From IMG/VR virus record IMGVR_UViG_3300003775_000008: a stretch of 40,765 nucleotides of DNA. One strand, given 5' to 3'. The notes beneath the pieces are model-generated. The model saw only the letters and a program-made list of their open reading frames with translations, did no database searches and was not told where the DNA came from. The stretch comes from a virus. The translations under genes were made by a program, and so were the position numbers. Positions 17,906-26,021 of this stretch are shown here, one piece after another (position 1 is the first letter of the stretch; each line of letters starts with the position of its first letter).

Positions 17906-18445
17906 TCATCGCGGCGGCGATGCAAGCCCGTTGCGGGCGATGGCTCGGTTGTAGAAACGCTGCGACTCTTCGACGATGTCTCGCAGATCTCGCGGCGTCA
18001 TTCGCAGCGCGTTGCGCGCCGGGATCTTGCTGCCAGGGTGCTTGACCTGGCGCACCACGATGCCCCCGAACGACAGAGCGCGCTTATTCCGGGCCCGGAT
18101 CACATGCGGCTTGGTCTGACCGCCGAGGAACTGGATCGCGGCGTAGATCTTGTTGGTGCCGACCGAGGCTGTGTTGGAGTCCGACTGCCGGACCATCGAC
18201 GAGGCGAGCTGGCCGGAGCGCTGCAGGATCTTCCCCGGCCAGGTGCCTTCCTTGGCTCGGGCCAGCTTGGTGCCGGGATGCAGATCGACCCACGCGGGGC
18301 GCCCCTGCTGCTCGAAGTTGTCCTCGACGGCGCGCATCATGATCCCGGCCACCGAACGCATGAGCGGCCGCTTGTCGGCCATCTGGTTCGCGGCGCGCTG
18401 CATCGCGGCGATGACTGGCTTGTATTCGATGCCGAACTGGATCAC
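17906..18445 (-). CDS. Virion morphogenesis protein (Mu gpG-like)
   Basis: 179 aa. GTGA overlap with the MuF-like gene. ..VEDNFEQQGRP.W..L....L...G motif. Confidence 0.75.
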   Translation of the reverse strand: MIQFGIEYKPVIAAMQRAANQMADKRPLMRSVAGIMMRAVEDNFEQQGRPAWVDLHPGTKLARAKEGTWPGKILQRSGQLASSMVRQSDSNTASVGTNKIYAAIQFLGGQTKPHVIRARNKRALSFGGIVVRQVKHPGSKIPARNALRMTPRDLRDIVEESQRFYNRAIARNGLASPPR

Positions 18446-19623
18446 CGGGTCTTCGCCTTCCGCTCGAAGTTCTGCACGCGCGCGCCGCCAGGCTGTGCCT
18501 GCAGGTCGAGGGTGTAGATCGCATCGGGCTCATCCAGAACCAGCCAGCGGTCATCGAGATCCGTCGCCAGCACGCCGCGCTCGAGCACGTCGGGGATGCG
18601 ACGGTAGTCATCCAGACCAAGCCTGGTCCTGGCGAGCTGCTGCCGCTTGACCAGCTCAGCGCCCAAGGTAACCACGGCGCCGTCGAGATCCAACTCGGCC
18701 TGGCGCGCGGGGGCCGCGATGCCGACCGGGAAGCTGCCCTCGGGCGCCTTGGCCTGGACGAACCGCTCAAAGGCTGGCCCTTGCACGGCCGTCTCGACGT
18801 AGCGCTTGGACAGCTGCACGTCGTTCGCTGCCAGCGACGGCTGCCAGGTCGCGGCCGCCGGGTTGTTGTTGAAACCTGCGTCCGGCTGGAACTTTCCACC
18901 AGGTAGCGCCTTGTCGCTGTAGCGCGTGACGCTCGCGCTGCCGCCCGAGCGCAGTGGAACCTGAACCTCCTGCAGCTTTCCTTCTGTGCTGTCGACCTGC
19001 AGCTTGCGCCGGGTGATGTCGGTCTTCGAGAAGTTGCGCACGCGGCACCGGCAGTTGAAGCCGCACGGCGGGTAGAAGGTCTTCCAGCCCGGATCGTCGT
19101 ACCTGAAGATCTTGCCGTTCATCGCGCGATGCGCCGGCCGTGTCTTCGCGTCGAGGATGGCCACGTACTGCCAGTACGGCCGCTCCTCGGCCTCCTCGAT
19201 CATGTCTGCGTAGCGCCCGGCCATGTAGGCGCTCTGCATGTTGGTCTGAAAGATGGTTTTAAGGCGCGTGGGTGTCAGGCCCTTGGCGATGACACCCTCG
19301 GCGTCGACGCGGCCAGCGGCCTGCAGCTCGGCCGTGGTGCCCGAGCGCCCCCACCAGCCCTTGCGCTGCAGTTCGGGCACCAGACCGTCTTTCCACTGCT
19401 GCAGCGTCTGGCCGTTCTTGAGCGCCTTGGCCAGCGAGTCCTGCATATCCTGGAGCACATCCAGCTTCGCCACGTTCGCGGCGGTGAAGCCGCGCGCGTG
19501 CTGCCCGTCGAGCCACTCGGTCCACGGCCCGGTCACCTGGGCCTGCTTGGCCTGTAGGTGTGCGATCGCCTTCTCGGGAGGCAGGCCGATGGCGAAGCTG
19601 GCATCCGCCGCGGAGATCGTCAA
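18442..19623 (-). CDS. Head morphogenesis protein (MuF / SPP1 gp7 family)
   Basis: 393 aa. ..RPAHRAMNGKIFRYDDP.W...YPPCGFNCRCRV motif. TTG start overlapping the upstream stop (TTGA). Confidence 0.85.
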   Translation of the reverse strand: MTISAADASFAIGLPPEKAIAHLQAKQAQVTGPWTEWLDGQHARGFTAANVAKLDVLQDMQDSLAKALKNGQTLQQWKDGLVPELQRKGWWGRSGTTAELQAAGRVDAEGVIAKGLTPTRLKTIFQTNMQSAYMAGRYADMIEEAEERPYWQYVAILDAKTRPAHRAMNGKIFRYDDPGWKTFYPPCGFNCRCRVRNFSKTDITRRKLQVDSTEGKLQEVQVPLRSGGSASVTRYSDKALPGGKFQPDAGFNNNPAAATWQPSLAANDVQLSKRYVETAVQGPAFERFVQAKAPEGSFPVGIAAPARQAELDLDGAVVTLGAELVKRQQLARTRLGLDDYRRIPDVLERGVLATDLDDRWLVLDEPDAIYTLDLQAQPGGARVQNFERKAKTR

Positions 19624-19865
19624 TCGCGAACTCCCAGCTTGCGCTCCACCACCCGGCGCGCCAGATCCGTGTTGTGGACCTTGCAGATGTGCGCGGCAAT
19701 TTCGGCGGCGCTCTCCTTGTCGCGATCGTTGTCACTGAGCGGCGACAGCAGGTCAACCACGAACTCTCCGCCATGCGGATCCTCGCATCCAGCGTTGATC
19801 CAGGTGCCGTCGCCCCAAGGGGCACCCACCGGAAACCAGGGCTGGTCGATCACCTTGGGCTTCAT
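19620..19865 (-). CDS. Hypothetical small acidic protein between the portal and MuF genes
   Basis: 81 aa. ATGA overlap with the portal stop and TTGA overlap with the MuF start. Confidence 0.5.
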   Translation of the reverse strand: MKPKVIDQPWFPVGAPWGDGTWINAGCEDPHGGEFVVDLLSPLSDNDRDKESAAEIAAHICKVHNTDLARRVVERKLGVRD

Positions 19866-21400
19866 TGCGCCGCTCCTTGCACCGAATCACGGCCGACCAG
19901 GTCGGCCACGAAGAATGCCTGCGTCATCAGCTCCTGCAGGTCCGTGGCATCCATCTCGGGCCATGCAGCCTCCAGCGCCTGGCGCACCTCCTCGGGCGTG
20001 CCGGCCGACTCGATCGCGCGCAGGGCCGGCGCGAGCATCTTGCGCATGGCGGCCGTGATGGCGTCCGCCGGCAACTGCTCGATCGCCGCGTCGACCACGG
20101 CCTGGTCGACCGGCACGCCACCGGTTGCGCCTGCGTCGGCCAGGTCCGCGAAGCTGGCGGTTTCGCCATCGGCCGGCAGGTCGCCGGGCGTTCCGCTCGC
20201 AGGGGCGGGTGCCGCCAGATCGCCAGGCTGCAGGTTGTACACGCGCTCGAAGTACTGCGTGGAGAAGTTCGCGCCCGCCCGCCGCAGCTTCTCGTCCCGT
20301 CCGGCCAGCACGTCGTCGACCTCTTCCTGTTCCCAGAAGCAGTACACCGGCGGCTCGGCACCCGGGAAGTTGACCTGGCAGAAAAGCCGCACGAGCTGGT
20401 TCAAGCCGTCTGCGACCATTTCCGCGTCGTCGTCGCGCAGATGCGCCTCGATACCGGCCGCCGCCTCGGCGCTGGCCTTGTTGCTCTGCATCTCCACCGA
20501 CTGGTTGTTGCCGAGCAGCGCGATGCTGATCTCGCTGCGGCAGAACATCAGCAGCTCCTTGTACATCTCGGCGCTGGCCGTGCTGCCAGTCTGCAGCAGC
20601 TCGACGCTGGCATCGTCAGGGATGACGGCCACGGCATCGCGCACCATGCGCGCGAGCTTCTCCGCAAGGTCATTGACCTCCGTCTCCTTGGTCTGGCGCG
20701 GCAGCTTGCCCACGGCCCAAGGCATGCCGTACTTCTCGGTGAAGGCCACCCAGAACTTCAGGCCGCCGCGTTTGAAGGCAACGGCCCAGAAGCATGCAGC
20801 CAGGTCGGCCTCGCCGAAGGGGTTCTCCCAGCTGCGCATCTTGCCGACCACGATGAACTTGCGCGGATCCACCGGGATGCCCGCGATGTTGGACCTCGGC
20901 TTGAAGCGCAGCGATGCGTCCGTCGCGTCGAAGCCAAACCACTCCCCGGGCTTGCAGATCAGGTCCGGTACCAGAAGGCCATCGGCACGGCGCCACATCA
21001 CCTCGCCCACGCGATAGCCGAAGAAGGCGCCGTCGTTGAGGTCGCGCACCAGCTGCTGGACGTTGAGCTTGCCGATGAAGGTGTTGCAGGCCTTGAGCAC
21101 CCGCGCCGGTGTGTTCGACCGCTCCCGGTCGAAGCCGCGCTCCATCGCCAGGACCGCCGAGGAGCGGCGGCGGCGGATCCCCTTGATCAGCGGGTCGACC
21201 AGCAGGTTGCGATAGACGTGCTGGTCCTGGCCCATCGCCTTCAGGATCGGGTCGGGGTTCGGCAGCAGGCCCATGAAGCCGGACAGATCGCCGGCCGCCA
21301 GGCGGGTCGCGATCTGGCCAGACAGGCCGCTGGCTGTCATCGGATCCTGGTCGGCGAACGACCGGAACTCGGTCGGGGAAATCCACAATCCGGAATTCAT
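19862..21400 (-). CDS. Portal protein (Mu gp29 / DUF935)
   Basis: 512 aa from ATG 21400, with GGAGAAAG upstream. The track start 21418 is a TTG. Follows terminase. Confidence 0.85.
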   Translation of the reverse strand: MNSGLWISPTEFRSFADQDPMTASGLSGQIATRLAAGDLSGFMGLLPNPDPILKAMGQDQHVYRNLLVDPLIKGIRRRRSSAVLAMERGFDRERSNTPARVLKACNTFIGKLNVQQLVRDLNDGAFFGYRVGEVMWRRADGLLVPDLICKPGEWFGFDATDASLRFKPRSNIAGIPVDPRKFIVVGKMRSWENPFGEADLAACFWAVAFKRGGLKFWVAFTEKYGMPWAVGKLPRQTKETEVNDLAEKLARMVRDAVAVIPDDASVELLQTGSTASAEMYKELLMFCRSEISIALLGNNQSVEMQSNKASAEAAAGIEAHLRDDDAEMVADGLNQLVRLFCQVNFPGAEPPVYCFWEQEEVDDVLAGRDEKLRRAGANFSTQYFERVYNLQPGDLAAPAPASGTPGDLPADGETASFADLADAGATGGVPVDQAVVDAAIEQLPADAITAAMRKMLAPALRAIESAGTPEEVRQALEAAWPEMDATDLQELMTQAFFVADLVGRDSVQGAAQ

Positions 21401-21530
21401 AGGCTTTCTCCGGTCCAAAAGTGCCCCACCGGCGCGTTTTGAGGCCTTAAGTGCGTCTTCAAAGATTTTTCGGGGGGGATGGGTGCGTCATGGGCGCCGA
21501 GGCACCGATTTGGGGCTGGCCGGAAATCGG

Positions 21531-22958
21531 TCATGACAGGTACCCCTTGAGCTGGCTGCTGGCCGAGCTGGATGCAGCCGCCGGCCGGCTGGCCACACGG
21601 ACCGGCCCAGCGGCCGTTTCGGTGGCGTGTTGGGCCAGGGCAAGCGCCCAGAATCGGTCGGCGTGGCCGTCCGGCGTGCTCTCGGCCACGAATCGGATGT
21701 TGCCGGCCGGCGTGGTCACCTTCTGGACCTTGCGCAGGTCGGCGCGGATCTTGGGGTCTTCGGGGATCCGAATCTTCCGGTCTTCCATCGCCCCCTTCAG
21801 GGGGTAGGCCAGCGACTCCTTGACCTGGCCGGTGAAGCTGACGCCCTCGATGCGCGACTCGCCGAACTTGTCCTGCGCGTCATCGACCCAGCCGATGCCC
21901 AGACCGGTCTGGTCGATGCACACCCGCTTGCAGATCTCGAACCACGGCCACAGGATCTTCTCCTGATCGCTCTTGCGCATCTTCTCCAGCGTCTCGACGT
22001 GGCGGGTGTAAAGCACGTCACCGAGCTGCTCGACCACCCACAGCACCGTCAGATCCTTCTTGCGTCCGATGTCCACGCCCGCGTACAGCGGACCAGTGAA
22101 TGGGCCTTCAAGGCCGCGCCGCCAGTCCACCCCGCCCAGGTACTCGCATGAGGTGATAAGGCCGTATTCCAGGAACTTGGCATCGTCGTCGGCCGGGATG
22201 CACTGGTATTCCTGATCGAACGACTCCTCATCGGCTGCGCCGTTCTTGACGAAGTCGAAGTACTCGGCCTCGTCCATGCCCTGCTGTTCGGCGTCCTTGG
22301 GCAGCGCCTGCTGCAGCTTGAAGAGGAACCCTTGCTCCAGCGCATCCTGCAGCGTGACGCGGTGCAGGCTGATGCGCTTTGGATTGCCGCCGTGGCGAGC
22401 CTCTCGCACCAACTGGTTGAAGAAGCTGTGCGAACCGCGGTGCGTGCTGACCAGCTCCATGCTGCCGCCCCAGGTGATGCCGGGGTAGGCAATCGCCCAA
22501 AGCTTTCGCTGATCGGCATGTAGAGCGAATTCGTCCAGGATGCGGCTGCCGCGCTTGCCAGCCTGTGCGTCTGGGTTGCTCGACATGCTGTGGATGCGGC
22601 GGCCGCTGGCGAACTGCAGCACGTAGGCGCTGATGCGCTTCTCGGCGTCGAGCACCACTTCGCCGAGATCCTTCGCCGCGCGGTTCATCACGCCGGCCCA
22701 CAGCTTGCAGTCTTCGATGAACAGGCGCGCCTGGATGTCGTCGCGGCTGCTCACCCATTCGTCGTGCCGGGCGCCCTGTGCGGCCGCGCGCTCGTCAGCA
22801 CCGTACGCCGTCGACCAGCTGATGCCGATCTGGCGCGACTTCTCCATCAGCTTGATGCGCGACTCGTCCTTGATCCACTTCGACTGAAAGGGAAGGAAGA
22901 TGGCGTCCCGGTCCTTCGGGATGCACTTGGCGCGGCCCTTGAGTGTGCTCATGTTCAA
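21531..22958 (-). CDS. Terminase large subunit (Mu gp28-like)
   Basis: 475 aa. SRQIGISW Walker-A-like region, ILDEFA Walker B, and a C-terminal nuclease part. Confidence 0.85.
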   Translation of the reverse strand: MNMSTLKGRAKCIPKDRDAIFLPFQSKWIKDESRIKLMEKSRQIGISWSTAYGADERAAAQGARHDEWVSSRDDIQARLFIEDCKLWAGVMNRAAKDLGEVVLDAEKRISAYVLQFASGRRIHSMSSNPDAQAGKRGSRILDEFALHADQRKLWAIAYPGITWGGSMELVSTHRGSHSFFNQLVREARHGGNPKRISLHRVTLQDALEQGFLFKLQQALPKDAEQQGMDEAEYFDFVKNGAADEESFDQEYQCIPADDDAKFLEYGLITSCEYLGGVDWRRGLEGPFTGPLYAGVDIGRKKDLTVLWVVEQLGDVLYTRHVETLEKMRKSDQEKILWPWFEICKRVCIDQTGLGIGWVDDAQDKFGESRIEGVSFTGQVKESLAYPLKGAMEDRKIRIPEDPKIRADLRKVQKVTTPAGNIRFVAESTPDGHADRFWALALAQHATETAAGPVRVASRPAAASSSASSQLKGYLS

Positions 22959-23485
22959 ACGATGCCCAGCGCCTCACGGATGGCGGCTTTGGTGTCAGGT
23001 GTCACGCCACCCTTGTTCGGCATGGCTTCGAGCTTGGCGCGCTGTTCCTCCAGCAGCTCGCGCCGGGCCTCGGCCCGAGCTTCGGCCGCCCAGCGCTTCT
23101 GACTGACCGAGCTGCGCGTCATGTCGGCTACAGAACGCGAGAACTTCGTGAGGTCGACCGTCTTGGGGTCGACCTCCAGATCCATCAGGATGCTGAACAT
23201 CTTGTCCTGCGTGAGACGCACCAGCGCCTCGCTCATCGCGCCTTCATCGTCGGGGCTGGCCGCCACGATCGCGCGGGCCTGCTCGGTGCTGGCCTTCAAC
23301 TGCGCCATGCGCTCTTCGAACTTGCTGCCATAGCGATGCAGCGAGCTCTTCGAGATCGCCGCACCCTTGGCCTTGAGGTCGACAGCCAGGGCGACGTAGT
23401 CGCTGAAACCGCGCTTTACCAACTCGTCGTCAAGCCATTCCTTCAGCTCGCGCGGCAGCGCGTCGACGGTACTCCGCTTGGGCAT
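22955..23485 (-). CDS. Terminase small subunit-like protein (Mu gp27 / DUF3486)
   Basis: MPKRSTVDALPRELKEWLD....ISKSSLHRY pattern. 4-nt overlap with TerL. Confidence 0.7.
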   Translation of the reverse strand: MPKRSTVDALPRELKEWLDDELVKRGFSDYVALAVDLKAKGAAISKSSLHRYGSKFEERMAQLKASTEQARAIVAASPDDEGAMSEALVRLTQDKMFSILMDLEVDPKTVDLTKFSRSVADMTRSSVSQKRWAAEARAEARRELLEEQRAKLEAMPNKGGVTPDTKAAIREALGIV

Positions 23486-23488
23486 CGG

Positions 23489-23800
23489 TCATCCTTGTGT
23501 GATGGCTGGACGCGAGATACCCGGCTGGGCATCGATCGTGTACTCGACGAATTCGATGCCGGTGCGGGTTAGGTCGACCATCCAGCGATCGAGCGGATCC
23601 TTGACGATGTGCACCATCTCGCGCTCTTCCAGGTAATCCAACTCGCGCCGGATCTCGTGGTGCGTGGCGTCCTGGTAGACAGACTGGACGATGGGCAGCA
23701 GCGCCTCGGTGTACATGCCATAGGGGCGCGAGAGATTCACGGCCGAGAGCAAATGCCAACGAATCGACTCGCGGCGGATCTTCTGGAGCAGGATGCTCAT
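23489..23800 (-). CDS. Hypothetical protein (possible winged helix)
   Basis: 103 aa from ATG 23800, with AAGGAG 8 nt upstream. The track start 23809 is a GTG. Confidence 0.5.
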   Translation of the reverse strand: MSILLQKIRRESIRWHLLSAVNLSRPYGMYTEALLPIVQSVYQDATHHEIRRELDYLEEREMVHIVKDPLDRWMVDLTRTGIEFVEYTIDAQPGISRPAITQG

Positions 23801-23805
23801 GGGGC

Positions 23806-24150
23806 TCACTCCTTACCTTGCGCCAGCGCGCGTTCCATGCGCAAAGCGAAGTTGTCGATCCGGGTTTCGATGGTGGCCACGGCTCGCACGAAGTCGTCAC
23901 GGCGCACATAATCCCTTGGCAGCTCGGCCTGGAAGCGCAGGAACGAGGTTTCGAGCACCCGCGTGGCATCCGCTTCGCGCCGCAGGTCGTCGCTCACGCC
24001 CTGCATGGTCCGTTGGAACAGCTCGAACTTCTCGGCGAGACGCCGTTCCTGTTGCACCGCGAGGATCTTGACCAGCCCCCACAAAGCGCCGATGAAGAAG
24101 CTGCCGATCGTGATCAGGTGGCCGGTGGTAATGGTGAAGTCGAGGCTCAT
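23806..24150 (-). CDS. Membrane-anchored coiled-coil protein (DUF2730-like)
   Basis: 114 aa from ATG 24150 (ATGA overlap with the Rz stop). One N-terminal TM segment, HLITIGSFFIGALWGLVKIL. Confidence 0.5.
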   Translation of the reverse strand: MSLDFTITTGHLITIGSFFIGALWGLVKILAVQQERRLAEKFELFQRTMQGVSDDLRREADATRVLETSFLRFQAELPRDYVRRDDFVRAVATIETRIDNFALRMERALAQGKE

Positions 24151-24680
24151 TGGCTTTCGTGGTCTGGCAGGAGTGAGGCCGCGCTCGCGCGACATACGTT
24201 GATGGCGTCGGCCTGCAGGCCGATCACTTGGTCGCGGAGTTCGTCAGCTGCTGCTGCCACTGACTGATATCGCGTTGCGCAGCTTCCGAGAAGCTCTCGG
24301 CTGGCGGCGGCTTCGCGAGCGAGGGCTGCAACGCAGGCAGCGTCACAGGCTTGGGGCAGCTCACGCCGGTTGAGGGCTTCAATGGTGGCGAGCAGGCGAC
24401 CACGCTCAGTAGCGGCAGCAGCATCGCGAGCAGTGCGAAGGGCCGCCAGGCGGGCTTGTTCATCGGCATTCCTTTCGGAGTTCTTCATTCGGATCAGCAG
24501 ATCCGCATTGGCCTGGCGCTGCAGCTGCGCGCTGGCTTCGAGGTCCACGCGCGTCTGGGCATCCCAGCGCGCCTGCACGTTGGCCTCGCCCACGCCGATG
24601 AAGTGCGCGCGCAGCGTCAGGCCGGCGGCCACCACAGCAGCGCCGATCGCAGCGACGATGGCGAGGCGGATCCAGTTCAT
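24147..24680 (-). CDS. Rz: i-spanin (Rz)
   Basis: N-terminal TM anchor, periplasmic coiled coil, and an embedded lipoprotein gene. Confidence 0.8.
   Translation of the reverse strand: MNWIRLAIVAAIGAAVVAAGLTLRAHFIGVGEANVQARWDAQTRVDLEASAQLQRQANADLLIRMKNSERNADEQARLAALRTARDAAAATERGRLLATIEALNRRELPQACDAACVAALAREAAASRELLGSCATRYQSVAAAADELRDQVIGLQADAINVCRASAASLLPDHESQ
24224..24469 (-). CDS. Rz1: o-spanin lipoprotein (Rz1), embedded in Rz in another frame
   Basis: Signal peptide plus lipobox LLSVVAC, followed by a Pro-rich mature part. Confidence 0.75.
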   Translation of the reverse strand: MPMNKPAWRPFALLAMLLPLLSVVACSPPLKPSTGVSCPKPVTLPALQPSLAKPPPAESFSEAAQRDISQWQQQLTNSATK

Positions 24681-24997
24681 TGCGGATCGCCGCCCACAGA
24701 CTTGTCGGCAGGCACTCTGCCGACATCGACACCCGGCTGATCACGAAGCCGCAGCAGGATGATGGCCAGCGCGATTGCGCCGGTCACATAGGGCCACCAC
24801 GCCGGCGGCACCACGGTGCGCACGATGGGCAGAAGGTCGGCTTGTACGGCAGAAAGGAAGGCGAGCGCAGCTGCAGCCTGGACGGTGTTCAGCCGCCACG
24901 CCTGGCGCCAGTTGCTCACCGGTCGAAACCAGGCCCACGCGCGCGCCAGTTGCTTCCAGATGGCCTTTGCCAGACTCACGGTGGCGCCGCGTCTCAT
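24677..24997 (-). CDS. Holin-like membrane protein
   Basis: 106 aa. Two hydrophobic segments (AAAALAFLSAVQADLLPIV and WWPYVTGAIALAIILL). ATGA overlaps on both sides within the lysis cassette. Confidence 0.6.
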   Translation of the reverse strand: MRRGATVSLAKAIWKQLARAWAWFRPVSNWRQAWRLNTVQAAAALAFLSAVQADLLPIVRTVVPPAWWPYVTGAIALAIILLRLRDQPGVDVGRVPADKSVGGDPQ

Positions 24998-25266
24998 GCG
25001 CGCCCCCGACCACGCGCACGATGGCGCACAACGTTCCGCTTCTTGGCCGCGACGCGCTGAGCATGGCGGTTGCTCCAGCTGTAGGCAGCGCGCCTGGCCG
25101 AGCGCTGGCCGCCGAAGCCTCCCGAGAAAACTGGCAGGATGGCCCGACCACGCCGTGCGGTCGCAGGCGGCCCAGCGCGCTCGACCTGGTTGGTGATGGC
25201 AGCCGGGCTCGCGAAGATCGCGCTGAACGCCAGCGCGCTCGCAACGAGGGAGGATCGACCAAGCAT
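24994..25266 (-). CDS. Small lysis-cassette protein: signal/TM N-terminus plus an extremely Arg-rich tail
   Basis: 90 aa. AAAGGA before the ATG. High third-position GC. Sits between the endolysin and holin-like genes. Confidence 0.45.
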   Translation of the reverse strand: MLGRSSLVASALAFSAIFASPAAITNQVERAGPPATARRGRAILPVFSGGFGGQRSARRAAYSWSNRHAQRVAAKKRNVVRHRARGRGRA

Positions 25267-25287
25267 TTCAGTCCTTTCGAGGTTCGT

Positions 25288-25953
25288 TCAAACGATGCCG
25301 AGGGCTTCTTTGGCGATCTCCCAGCGTTGCAGGCGATCGGCGTACCCGTTGAGGCCGCCGTTGATGCGGCGGGTGATCAGCTCGAAGTTGCCGGCGTCGG
25401 CCAAGGCGTTGAGCCCCCTCATGTCCCAGAAATCGGCGGCGCTGTAGGCCCCCCACTCGGGCTCGGTGAGCTTTTCGGGCTGGTCTTCGAAGTTCGGGAC
25501 ACGGGTGCCGAAGCGCACGCGCAGGCGATCGCGCACCTTGGCGCAGTTGGCCCGGCCAGTAGTGCCCGTAGGTCCGTGAGCGCGGTAACGCCAGCCGTCC
25601 CCCGGCTGGGTGTTGCCCAGGTTGGCCCGCCCCCATTCGCCGCCGTAGATGCGATTGGCGATCTCCACCTGGTCGGCGGGGTGCGCAGCGGTTCGCCCGT
25701 AGGTGAGCGCGTCGAGCTTGCTGATGCGATCGCGAGAGAACTTCGCAATCAGCGCGTCGGCGGTGTAGTTGAGATTCTCGACCAGGCGACTCAGCCCAGC
25801 CGACTCGTGGCCGAGCTGCGCCAGGAACGCAGCCTGGCGCTGGGCGGTGTTGATGGCATAGGCAACCATCGCCGCGTTGAGGTACACGACGAAGGGCTCC
25901 GCACGCTGCGAGGCAGCGCCGGTGCAGGTGGCGATCTGTTGAAGGGAGAGCAT
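25288..25953 (-). CDS. Endolysin, glycoside hydrolase family 19 (chitinase-like)
   Basis: FLAQLGHESAGL catalytic-Glu region, ..NRIYGG.., and ..INGG.NG...R pattern. No SAR-type N-terminal TM segment. Confidence 0.85.
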   Translation of the reverse strand: MLSLQQIATCTGAASQRAEPFVVYLNAAMVAYAINTAQRQAAFLAQLGHESAGLSRLVENLNYTADALIAKFSRDRISKLDALTYGRTAAHPADQVEIANRIYGGEWGRANLGNTQPGDGWRYRAHGPTGTTGRANCAKVRDRLRVRFGTRVPNFEDQPEKLTEPEWGAYSAADFWDMRGLNALADAGNFELITRRINGGLNGYADRLQRWEIAKEALGIV

Positions 25954-25972
25954 GCCCGGCAGGATGCCGGGC
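25954..25972 (-). promoter_or_regulatory. 8-bp GC hairpin abutting the endolysin ATG
   Basis: GCCCGGCA-NNN-TGCCGGGC immediately upstream of the ATG. No SD present. Confidence 0.5.
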
Positions 25973-25986
25973 GAGGGAGGATCAAG

Positions 25987-26007
25987 GCAGAGTGACGGCC
26001 GTCACTC
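25987..26007 (-). promoter_or_regulatory. Late-control dyad copy 1 (Plys-like): GTGACGGCCGTCACTCTGC on the - strand
   Basis: Lies within the 18-bp perfect palindrome 25990-26007. Exactly 33 nt from the endolysin ATG. Confidence 0.5.
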
Positions 26008-26021
26008 CGCACGTGAGTCGG

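Noticed and set aside
19560-21442. Two long + strand ORFs (19560-21017 and 19865-21442)
   Set aside because: Both are antisense shadows of the portal gene. They are Ser/Ala/Arg-rich and fit no phage function or operon context.
25288-25953. Possible SAR (signal-anchor-release) endolysin as in BcepMu
   Set aside because: The N-terminus MLSLQQIATCTGAASQRAEP is not a hydrophobic SAR helix. It looks like a cytoplasmic GH19 endolysin that needs a holin.
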